This document shows, in pieces, positions 50,819 through 59,605 of a DNA stretch of 64,000 nt. Under the pieces are notes generated by a model, which was given only the letters and a program-made list of their open reading frames with translations, did no database searches and was not told the DNA's origin. Position numbers and translations under genes: made by a program. Every line of letters starts with the position of its first letter. Position 1 is the stretch's first letter. The stretch is from positions 62,001 to 126,000 of the forward strand of contig JAUFOR010000004.1 of NCBI GenBank assembly GCA_040285745.1, in the 5' to 3' direction. Origin of the DNA: Barthelona sp. PCE. Taxonomy: Eukaryota.

Positions 50819-53194
50819 ATGAGATCTTCACAGATAAAAGCTTTGTCGTATAAGACAGTAAGGCAACTTAGAGCACACTGTTTACGTCTCGTATGTCTCA
50901 TTATTCTTCCGGTGCTAATATTGGTTCTAATGATTACGTTTTCAGCTCCAGATGCCCCATGGTCAGGAATAGGTGTATGGAATTCATCCATTCATGGCGA
51001 TTATCCCTTTAGTAATCAGGGTATGTTCGGTTTTGACAGTGCTGATGAATCAGTTGTGGATGGTATGACAGCTTGGGGTCGTCCTGAAGCATTTTCACAT
51101 TACAACCACTCTTCAAGTGATACTGAAATCTTCACTTCTAATCTTGAGAAGATTGATTTGTATGGACAATTTGCTATAAACTACAAAAATTTAGATATTG
51201 ACACCAACAATCGCCTGAGCCTTAACCTAGATGTTCTTCGCGCACCAACAACGGATGCAAGAAAGCCAGCAATGACAACACGAGCAGAACCGGCAGTTGC
51301 TTCAACTAATGCACTGTTCTATTACATGAAATCAACATACAATACGACGGTTGGGTACATCAAGCAAAAATTCGGCAATGTACCATACTTGATGATTTAC
51401 CAAAACAAGAGCGGAATTGATGGCTTCACATTTATGATTATTCTAACATTGCACCTTATGTTTATTGTGGACTGTCTTAATATATACAGTGACATCAAAT
51501 CCAACATGATTGACCTGCTCAAGCTCAGTGGCATGGATCACCAAAGCTACATTATGTCAAGCGTTCTTGTTTTTGCAATTTTCAAAGTTGTTGTGTTTTT
51601 CGCATTGATTGTGTACATGTATTTTTCCAAATTTAGACCCTTCTATACCACTGTCCTTCTGTATTGGCTGGTTGGCTTTATATTTGTGTCAATCGCCCTC
51701 TCAATGTTTTCTCTTTTCTTCACAGTTTTAACAGGTAAGATGTGTTTAATTTTCGGCTTGTTCTTTGCTTTCATTGTACCTTCCATCTTTGATTCTTTCT
51801 ACGATGAGGGGGATATCTTTAAGATGCCAATTTACTACAGATGGATCTGGCTACCGACTTATCTCATCAAGGTGTTCTTCCAAAACGGTATTCTATATTC
51901 GTTATACGAGAGTAAGGAAATGACCTATGGGATCTTTCTTGAGGGCCCCTTCCTCTTTGTGGCTGGAGGTACTGTTGTCTGTTGTGTTTTATACTATTAC
52001 TTTATTAAAGGCGTTATGTCTGATGGTTGGAAGCTGTTTTTTGATAAATTGAGTTCCTTTTCATTTCTCAAAAAGAAGAAAAAGACTCCCATTGGTGCTA
52101 TCGACAAGGAACTTCGTGTTTCTTTTCATTTAGATGCAGATGATGAACAATTCGTTGATCCAGATTGCGAATATGAGCATCATAGAGCAGAAACCTGTGT
52201 TGATGATAATGTTATATTACGCGCATCACACATTGTTAAGATTTTCAACGAAGGTCAAGAAGACGAGAAAGTTGCTGTTGATGATGTCTCAATTTGTCTT
52301 GAAAAAGGTAAGGTCATGTCCTTCTTGGGTCCTTCCGGTGCTGGAAAAACCACCTCAATCCACTGTATTCTTGGTATGTTGGAAAAGAACCACGGTGAAA
52401 TATACTTCAAGAACGAGAGAATTACAAAGAAAAATATCCATGATTTCCGAATGAAATGTGGTGTTGTCCCTCAGGAAACTACCGTGTGGGAAGACCTAAC
52501 CGTTGAGGATCATCTTGTTATCTTTGCAATGCTTAAAAACGTCAAGACTGATATTGGTTCAAAAGTCGAAGCAACGTTGCGCGTTTGTAATCTTCTTCAA
52601 CAGAGATATAAATTGGCCAATGCACTTTCCGGTGGCTTCAAGCGCTGTCTGATGATTGCTGTCGCACTTTGTAGCTCACCTGAGGTTGTTCTCTTCGACG
52701 AATGTTTTGTTGGTATTGCTATTGACCTTAAGTCAACTATTCAGAACATCATTCGTTTGCAATCTCAAAGGTGCGCTATTTTAATCACTTCACACTCACT
52801 GCTCGATCTCGAACTCGTTGCTGATAAAACACTGATCATTAACGATGGTGCAATGCAGGCTGTTGGTGATATCAGTGATCTGAAACGTAAATTTGATAAG
52901 GGTGTGCAACTTTCTATTGCACTTAAGGAGGCAGAATCTTCAGTTGCAATCACTCCTTCTGAACTTGTTCATCGTGTTTCCCAAGTGCTTGGACCACTCC
53001 TTGAAAAAAGTAACCTAATTTCTCAGCAAAATCTTGTCTTTAAATGGAAAATGGATATCTCCCATCATGAGCTCGCTGTCTTGTTTGGTAATATCAGGAA
53101 ATTGTGCGAAGATGAGCTAAATGAAGAGATCAGATACTGGTCTATCTCCCCTAACACTCTTGAGGATGTGTTCCTCACTGTAACTGAGGGTTAA
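50819..53194 (+). CDS. ABC transporter, ABCA-type half transporter (TMD-NBD)
   Basis: N-terminal TM followed by an exoplasmic loop and further TMs. KVAVDDVS, Walker A GPSGAGKTT, VVPQ, signature LSGGFKR, Walker B LFDE, H-loop LITSH, C-terminal TLEDVFL. Confidence 0.88.
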   Translation: MRSSQIKALSYKTVRQLRAHCLRLVCLIILPVLILVLMITFSAPDAPWSGIGVWNSSIHGDYPFSNQGMFGFDSADESVVDGMTAWGRPEAFSHYNHSSSDTEIFTSNLEKIDLYGQFAINYKNLDIDTNNRLSLNLDVLRAPTTDARKPAMTTRAEPAVASTNALFYYMKSTYNTTVGYIKQKFGNVPYLMIYQNKSGIDGFTFMIILTLHLMFIVDCLNIYSDIKSNMIDLLKLSGMDHQSYIMSSVLVFAIFKVVVFFALIVYMYFSKFRPFYTTVLLYWLVGFIFVSIALSMFSLFFTVLTGKMCLIFGLFFAFIVPSIFDSFYDEGDIFKMPIYYRWIWLPTYLIKVFFQNGILYSLYESKEMTYGIFLEGPFLFVAGGTVVCCVLYYYFIKGVMSDGWKLFFDKLSSFSFLKKKKKTPIGAIDKELRVSFHLDADDEQFVDPDCEYEHHRAETCVDDNVILRASHIVKIFNEGQEDEKVAVDDVSICLEKGKVMSFLGPSGAGKTTSIHCILGMLEKNHGEIYFKNERITKKNIHDFRMKCGVVPQETTVWEDLTVEDHLVIFAMLKNVKTDIGSKVEATLRVCNLLQQRYKLANALSGGFKRCLMIAVALCSSPEVVLFDECFVGIAIDLKSTIQNIIRLQSQRCAILITSHSLLDLELVADKTLIINDGAMQAVGDISDLKRKFDKGVQLSIALKEAESSVAITPSELVHRVSQVLGPLLEKSNLISQQNLVFKWKMDISHHELAVLFGNIRKLCEDELNEEIRYWSISPNTLEDVFLTVTEG

Positions 53195-53529
53195 GTTACC
53201 TAAATATTTGTACATATTTGAAAATAAACTGTTTACAATATTCACCCTGCTTATCATCTTTTTTTATTATTAAATGATTTTGCTGCTCAGTTATTGTGAC
53301 AACGCTTTTGTGTGACTTTTTGACAAATTAAAAGGCTATTAAACATTCAATTGAGGAGTAACACTATCTTGCTGCAAAATCAGCAAACATGAAATTTATA
53401 CACTACACGGGTTATAAAAATGCCATACAAACTTATTTCAACATATAAAAATCTATTTCCTTGACTTTTGCAACTGTTATAGTAATATCTCCCTTTTCAA
53501 CACTCGTACTAAGTAACTAGCGATAGTAC

Positions 53530-56007
53530 ATGGCACAAAACGAGGAAATCTGCATGTCTGACGAAGGCAGTCTGTTGCTAGAAGACGAAGTAGAAGATTT
53601 CTGCCAGTACTTCTCACAAGGCTTTCCATCATTGAGACACGGGTGCTCTTTGGACGAATTAAGACTTGCTTTTTGGAAGGAATATAGTGAACATGAGGAA
53701 AGCAGCTCAAAACTGGGTTTTAACTTTACACTTGCAGCATATCATGTATTGAGTAATGCAAGAAGTCGTGTGTTCTATGAGGTAGACAGGCTAGAGCACT
53801 GTCTCCCCATTGATGAACCAATGAATACAGGTACTGTCTTACAAGGACTTCCTGAGGAAGATTGCAACTCTCTAACATACTCATTTGGGCAATGTGAACC
53901 GACGGCTTTCCTCACAAAGCTGGAGGCTGGACAACCGGTATATTTTGGTCTATTTTTCAATTTATTGTTGGTCTTTAACCCTCAAACAGAAGCCCAGGTT
54001 GAAAGTATTAGCCAATGCGTGAGCAGCATCATTGCTCTGCACTCTTGGACAGAGTCCAACATACGGCAAGTCAGTCTGAACGAATATATGTGTGTCTTCG
54101 ACAACAAGATTTTTACATCGGAAAACAAGGCTCATCAACATCTTCTGGGTAACTACCAAGATAAGGCGAAGGCTTTCGTTAATAAGCTGAAGAACTATAA
54201 AGATTTTGAAATTGATGAGAAACTCTACTTCTTTACAAAAGTCCTTTTTAGCAATTTCCAAAGGGTGAAACTCAATGAGACGGATTTAAACGCTACAAAC
54301 AACATGACTTTGGCGAAGAAATTGCATCTTCCCCGTCTGATGGTACCACAATTACTACATACTATTGAGGAGATGAACGTACATCATCACAAAAAGCAAA
54401 GGAAGAAGAAGAAGAAGGGAAGAAAACAGCAAAGCGCGTTCCCGTTGCCTGATTCAATTTTTTCGGAAATTCTAAGCGATAAGCACAATACAAAGTATCT
54501 TCAGTCAGCAATATTATCCTCAGACATGCCCAACCATCAGAAGAGCGCGCTGAGAACCATTCTGAACGGGTTGTATGATGCTCCCGTGCGGATACCCGAA
54601 ATATGGCAACCCCCAAAGGAGATGAAAGGGGAGGAAGAAGTTCAAGAAGCTGTTGAATCGGAAGATATAAAGGAGACACCTGTTGAAGAGGTGGAAAAGA
54701 GGGATTCCCCGAAGAAAGAGGTCAAAGAAGTCAAAGAAGAGCCAAAGCCGGCTCTTCGTCTAGATGATTTAGACCCACTGACACGCATTCATTACGAACG
54801 CAATGCAATGCCGGAGGAAGAGCGCGCTGAGGATATGGCGCTTCAAGATGATGTTGTTGTTGATGTTGCTACAGAAGTGTTTAACACTGCGATTTTTGAG
54901 CTGTTTATTCAGCCAATTTGCGAACGCTCGCATAAGAAGACATTAAGTAAGTATATGAAGGCAAAGCAAGAGGAAATACTACGCCACGAAGAAGAGGAAC
55001 GAAAGCGCATTCAGGAGCAAAAGCGTAAGAAGAAGCAAAAGCAAAAGCTGATGCGACAGTTAGAGGAGAGCGTTGTCGATATGTTACTGCAGAACTTCTT
55101 AAGTTGGGAGATGGGAATAACTTGTAATGAAGCGCTCTTTGAGGCACGTGCAAAAACGCACTCGCTTAATCCGGAATGTCTTGAGTACAAGAGTAGTGGT
55201 GGTGTCACTGCAGATTCTCTATTGAGCGAAGAGCTCGGTGAATACGATTTCGACAAGTATGATGAGGAAGCCAAAGCAAAAAGAGAGCAACGCATTAAGG
55301 AACTCAATTTCGACGAATCTTTATCTGTTATTGATGAAATTTTCTCATTTGAAGAATTGGATCGAGTAATGCGAGTTACAAAGAAATCAAAGCGAAAACC
55401 ACGTGTGTTGAGCACCATAAAAGCTTGTAGAGACTTTGTTTGTCTCAATAAGCTTCCAGAAACGCTTGAATGTATCGATCATCATATGAATGATTATACA
55501 CATCTTAACATTGAAAATAACTTAAACGATGAGCCAGAGAAGACGAAGAAGCAAGAAGATATAGCAAACGACACGAACAAAAGTGTTGATAAACAGAAAC
55601 AGAGAAGTAAGGAGTACGGTTTTGAACTGCAGTGTTCAAGTGCAAACATTTCCACACACAGGCTCACCACAGCAGTACAGGCAGTTTTTAAGACAACAGC
55701 GTTCCAAATTGAGTCTCGTAAGGGAAGTCGAACACATATCGTGTTTAGAGATGATGATATCAAACACGAGATCGAAGGAAATTCGGCTAAACACTACACA
55801 TACACACACCAAGATCTAAAGTTCAATTTTGTTCCGTGGAAGACAGGCCAACAGAGCGAGCGAGAGTCTGAAAGAGAAAGAACAAAGGCGTTGAGCGCAC
55901 CAATGAGTCCTGGACCTTTGTTGAACAGTCGTTTCAAGAAGAGTAGTGCAAGAACATCATTATCTTTTTCAGATACTCCACCAGGAGTGAGAAGAAAAAA
56001 GAAGTAA
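53530..56007 (+). CDS. Hypothetical charged/coiled-coil protein with degenerate J-like N-terminus and degenerate C2H2-like motif
   Basis: 825-aa ORF. CSLDELRLAFW...AAYHVLSNARSRVFYE resembles J-domain helices II-IV without HPD; YMCVFDNKIFTSENKAHQH; K-rich NLS-like runs. Confidence 0.65.
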   Translation: MAQNEEICMSDEGSLLLEDEVEDFCQYFSQGFPSLRHGCSLDELRLAFWKEYSEHEESSSKLGFNFTLAAYHVLSNARSRVFYEVDRLEHCLPIDEPMNTGTVLQGLPEEDCNSLTYSFGQCEPTAFLTKLEAGQPVYFGLFFNLLLVFNPQTEAQVESISQCVSSIIALHSWTESNIRQVSLNEYMCVFDNKIFTSENKAHQHLLGNYQDKAKAFVNKLKNYKDFEIDEKLYFFTKVLFSNFQRVKLNETDLNATNNMTLAKKLHLPRLMVPQLLHTIEEMNVHHHKKQRKKKKKGRKQQSAFPLPDSIFSEILSDKHNTKYLQSAILSSDMPNHQKSALRTILNGLYDAPVRIPEIWQPPKEMKGEEEVQEAVESEDIKETPVEEVEKRDSPKKEVKEVKEEPKPALRLDDLDPLTRIHYERNAMPEEERAEDMALQDDVVVDVATEVFNTAIFELFIQPICERSHKKTLSKYMKAKQEEILRHEEEERKRIQEQKRKKKQKQKLMRQLEESVVDMLLQNFLSWEMGITCNEALFEARAKTHSLNPECLEYKSSGGVTADSLLSEELGEYDFDKYDEEAKAKREQRIKELNFDESLSVIDEIFSFEELDRVMRVTKKSKRKPRVLSTIKACRDFVCLNKLPETLECIDHHMNDYTHLNIENNLNDEPEKTKKQEDIANDTNKSVDKQKQRSKEYGFELQCSSANISTHRLTTAVQAVFKTTAFQIESRKGSRTHIVFRDDDIKHEIEGNSAKHYTYTHQDLKFNFVPWKTGQQSERESERERTKALSAPMSPGPLLNSRFKKSSARTSLSFSDTPPGVRRKKK

Positions 56008-56033
56008 AAGATAAGATTTTATTTATAACTAAA

Positions 56034-56864
56034 CTACATTTGGAACTGCATGTTGAATCCACCCTGAGGAGGCTGTTGACCAAACTGCATCTGATGTTGT
56101 TGGTGTTGATGTTGGTGTTGGGAGTTAACACCTTGGTTGAACCCCTGAGCCATTGCGTTGGCCATGTTGGCGGTAGCACCCATAGCGGCACCCATAGCTT
56201 GGCCCATAGCAGCGAAGGGGTTACCGTTCATTTGAACGTTAACGTTGGGGTTCATCTGAGGGTTCATCTGAGGGTTCATACCGGGTTGAGGAGCAAATCC
56301 TGGCTGAGGTTGGAAACCAGGTTGAGGTTGGGGTGCGAAGCCTGGCTGAGGCTGGAAACCAGGTTGAGGTTGAGGAGCAAAACCGGGTTGAGGAGCAAAT
56401 CCCGGTTGAGGAGCAAATCCAGGTTGAGGAGCAAATCCAGGTTGAGGAGCAAAACCGGGTTGAGGAGCAAAACCGGGTTGAGGTTGACGACTATTTGCAA
56501 AAAGAGCCATAACCTTCTTTTTATCATCACTGAAATTGAAGCAGTCAACTGCACGTTGGAAATCGCTTCGGTTACGGATCTTGGGAATTACCTGCTCACA
56601 TATTGTAACCTTCTCATCAGAAAATGAAACAGTTGAAAGAATTGCCACAAGATCATCCATGGTAAAGTTGTTAAATGAGCGTACCAAAATAAAGGCAGCC
56701 TTCACCTGATCATCAGAGAAAGAAAAACAGGAGAAAAGCTGCTGTAATTGGCTTGCAGATGCAAAGGGAGGTCTAGTGATCTGTAGTGAGGTCTCCAAAG
56801 CTTGGAGCTTGTCATCGCTGAAGGAAGCACCTTGAACGGCAGTAATTACAGATTGGAAACTCAT
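56034..56864 (-). CDS. DUF4476-like (SFSDDK repeat) protein with PQPGFA tandem repeats and Q/N/M-rich low-complexity tail
   Basis: Four FSDD/E-K helical repeats ([29 protein letters not shown]), then about 11 PQPGF(A/Q) units. Confidence 0.75.
   Translation of the reverse strand: MSFQSVITAVQGASFSDDKLQALETSLQITRPPFASASQLQQLFSCFSFSDDQVKAAFILVRSFNNFTMDDLVAILSTVSFSDEKVTICEQVIPKIRNRSDFQRAVDCFNFSDDKKKVMALFANSRQPQPGFAPQPGFAPQPGFAPQPGFAPQPGFAPQPGFAPQPQPGFQPQPGFAPQPQPGFQPQPGFAPQPGMNPQMNPQMNPNVNVQMNGNPFAAMGQAMGAAMGATANMANAMAQGFNQGVNSQHQHQHQQHQMQFGQQPPQGGFNMQFQM
56281..56486 (-). repeat. Coding minisatellite, ~18-bp unit (e.g. CCTCAACCCGGTTTTGCT) encoding PQPGFA
   Basis: GGTTGAGGAGCAAA(A/T)CC repeated on the + strand with synonymous variation. 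Confidence 0.9.
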
Positions 56865-57467
56865 GTTAAAGTAAGAAAAGTATTTTCAAGTTCCAAACAA
56901 TATATACCTTATCGTTCTGGATAAAGTGCAGTTATAATATGCATTACTTGCTTTTCCACTGTAGAAAACCCAAAAATATGAAGCAAATCAGAAAATCTTG
57001 TTAATACATCATACAATCACAAAATAAGATTATAAAAATGGCAAGGATATACAAATAGACATAGGTCCATGAGTAAGTGAACATAACAAACAAAAAAAGA
57101 GTTCTTGTTAAGTTGAAAGTAAAACTATGATTTGTAATTTTTAAAAAAGATATTAAAACCATAAAATATCATTAAAACCTAAAATTTTGTGATAGTTTAG
57201 GAATATTGAATCAATTGATTGCCTGATTGCAACACAAAGTAAGAAAATATTTTTACAATGGTTGAAAGACCATTAATCAATCACCAAACGTAGTTTATTA
57301 ACATATTATTAGGTATAGCGCTTATTGAGTATCAAAAATATGATATTTAGCTCTGCAAGGAATGCAGGTATACATTAAATGATATAAACTCTCAAAATGT
57401 GTTGAAAATGCTGTCAAAATATACAACTAACATGAAAAGGTAGGTTGAAATACTTTAACAACATCAA

Positions 57468-57475
57468 TGACGTGG
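57468..57475 (+). promoter_or_regulatory. TGACGTGG (UPRE/CRE-G-box hybrid bZIP site) ~48 bp upstream of the bZIP start codon
   Basis: ATGACGTGGCA in an otherwise very AT-rich upstream region; matches the known UPRE core TGACGTGG. Confidence 0.4.
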
Positions 57476-57522
57476 CACCCGTTTTCATTTTTTTCTACCA
57501 ATTCATCCATACAACTTTTTGC

Positions 57523-58719
57523 ATGTCTTTCCTTGGTTTTGGAAGCTTGGGAGGGAGTTCCAGCTTTATTGAACCCTTCAATATGACATCATCTGATGCT
57601 TTTGAGTTGACTACACCTGAAGAAATGGCTACTTCGCCAGAAGAGGTACTCTCACCTCCGTCACCAACCTCTGGAGAGTCCCTTATGTTTAATTTTGATG
57701 CCCCAATCAAAAGCGAATACGAGACTTCTCCAGAACATCGTTCTCTTGCTGTTCCTATGCCTCATCCAATGAATGTTCAGTACTCTATGATGCCCAATGT
57801 TGTCGTTGGGGCCAATGGTATTCCGCAACAACTGCAATTACCTCCCCAACACTTGCAAATGAACAACATACAAATGAGGAAGCGTGATGCAACAACTTTT
57901 GACAATAGCATGGCAGGAAAGGCAAGCAGTAACGCACATTTATCCGAGCTGCAGTTTGAAATTCAAGAGATTGAGAGAAAAATTTCCTCCAAGCGTTATA
58001 GTGGAGAACGGCTTTCTGATTTGAAGAAGCAGCGCCGGCGTTTGAAGAACCGAGAAAGCGCACACGCATCACGTGCCAGAAAGAAAAAAAAGCTTCAAGC
58101 ACTTGAATGCGAAGTTGATGAATTGCGTGACAGGAACTCAAAACTGGAAAACACAATTGCAATGCTTCAACAACAATTATTACAACAACAACAGCAGCAG
58201 CAGATGCAGCAGCCTGTGCAGCTGTCTGCCGATAATGATCGCTTCCTTCCTAAAGTAATGGGTGCTTTCTCGTCAGTCCCACAGAGTCTTACTTTCCCTT
58301 ACAACGGAATGGATACACGTCGTGGCGAATCCACACGTGTTTTTGGCGTTGTCTTCCTCTTCTTCTTCCTCTCTCTTGCAATCTCAAGCACACCTTTTTA
58401 CACATCACGTTCAGACAACAGCGTAGGAATGCACTCCATCTTCTCTCATTTTTCCAACGGGTTCGCATTCAAGCGGGACCTTGTTGACAACACTGCATTT
58501 GTCCGTCAGATTAGCACTATAGAGAGCAATTGGCAACTTCTGGGTATACCAGAGAAACGGGAGGAAGAAATGTTTATTCTAACACACACAGAGATGGATA
58601 CGCGCAACAACATACCCAGTATGGAGATCGATGATGACATTGATATTGACGATGATGATTACATCGATGTCAGTAAGCCAGATTTGAGAGAGAGAATCGT
58701 ACAGCCTGCTGCGCCGTAA
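57523..58719 (+). CDS. Membrane-tethered bZIP transcription factor (ATF6/CREB3/bZIP28-like architecture)
   Basis: Basic region KKQRRRLKNRESAHASRARKK, leucine zipper, poly-Q, single TM VFGVVFLFFFLSLAIS and a short putative luminal tail. Probable ATG at 57523. Confidence 0.82.
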   Translation: MSFLGFGSLGGSSSFIEPFNMTSSDAFELTTPEEMATSPEEVLSPPSPTSGESLMFNFDAPIKSEYETSPEHRSLAVPMPHPMNVQYSMMPNVVVGANGIPQQLQLPPQHLQMNNIQMRKRDATTFDNSMAGKASSNAHLSELQFEIQEIERKISSKRYSGERLSDLKKQRRRLKNRESAHASRARKKKKLQALECEVDELRDRNSKLENTIAMLQQQLLQQQQQQQMQQPVQLSADNDRFLPKVMGAFSSVPQSLTFPYNGMDTRRGESTRVFGVVFLFFFLSLAISSTPFYTSRSDNSVGMHSIFSHFSNGFAFKRDLVDNTAFVRQISTIESNWQLLGIPEKREEEMFILTHTEMDTRNNIPSMEIDDDIDIDDDDYIDVSKPDLRERIVQPAAP

Positions 58720-59200
58720 TGGTGAACTGTTAATATTAATAAAACTTTTCATTTTTTTACCAGTAATAAAATCCCATTTGTTTTTGTTTTCTTTAAATGA
58801 GTTGTTGGCAGTTTGTGTGTAATATTAAATCCACAGTATTTATGAAATACCTGTAAATCTGTATTTAAGTAGAATATACTTTCCTCCTCTTATGATCGAT
58901 TCATTATTGCTATCGTGCTTCAAATAACATATATATTACAATAAATACACATAATATGATTATGTCTCTCACAGATAAGCTTTATCAGAACTTCTTACAT
59001 TTCTAATTTTGCAATATAAAAAGTTTTGAAGGTTATGTATTTAAATTTGCTTATAAAACACCATAAAATTCCACAATATACAAATGTAATGTCGAAATAA
59101 ACAAAGGAAAAAAAAAGTGTGAAAAGTAAAAATTTTATTAGAACATAGTGTATTTAGATATTAACTGAAACATTTATCACATTACGTTTGGTCTATTTCA

Positions 59201-59404
59201 ATTTCGTAGGAGGTTGTAAATTTACTTCGGAGTTAGACACTTGTACGGGAGTTGCGAGCTCCCTCGAGTGCTGTGCTTGCACTGAGAATTGTTCTAGAGC
59301 CCTTTTTTTAAAATAAAAGGGGAGAAAGAAATGATGTAAGTACTCACAGAGTACAAGAGGGAAGACCGCGTGTCTACTCCTCAGTAGATTTACTCCTACG
59401 AAAT
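59201..59404 (+). ncRNA. Candidate structured ncRNA or fold-back element (~205 nt), family unassigned
   Basis: GC-richer island in AT-rich intergenic DNA. Long interrupted closing helix: ATTTCGTAGGAG/CTCCTACGAAAT, GTAAATTTAC/GTAGATTTAC, GGAGTTAGACAC/GTGTCTACTCC, CTTGTAC/GTACAAG. It encloses three hairpins. Confidence 0.5.
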
Positions 59405-59605
59405 AGCGTGTTATTCACAAGCGTGCCTGGCCTGTAATTGATTTTGAACACAGAATGGAATAGAACATATGCTGTATTTCAATTTCTCACCATTTTAAGT
59501 TTCCCATTTATTTTATTGTATTATTTATTAATTAAAATACTACTATTTTCAGATGTATGGACTTCCAAACTCTGAAAAAGAAGGTAGCCCATGCGGTTTG
59601 ACAAC

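Noticed and set aside
56281-56486. Regular short repeats resembling a CRISPR array
   Set aside because: Tandem coding repeats without unique spacers, eukaryotic context, no cas genes.
56040-56627. 195-aa + strand ORF with LRSKSR repeats
   Set aside because: Antisense reading of the PQPGFA minisatellite; the minus-strand ORF has the ATG start and recognisable domain.
59336-59349. GTAAGTACTCACAG looks like a 14-nt GT-AG micro-intron
   Set aside because: No flanking ORF, too short to splice, and explained as part of a GTACTC/GAGTAC hairpin.
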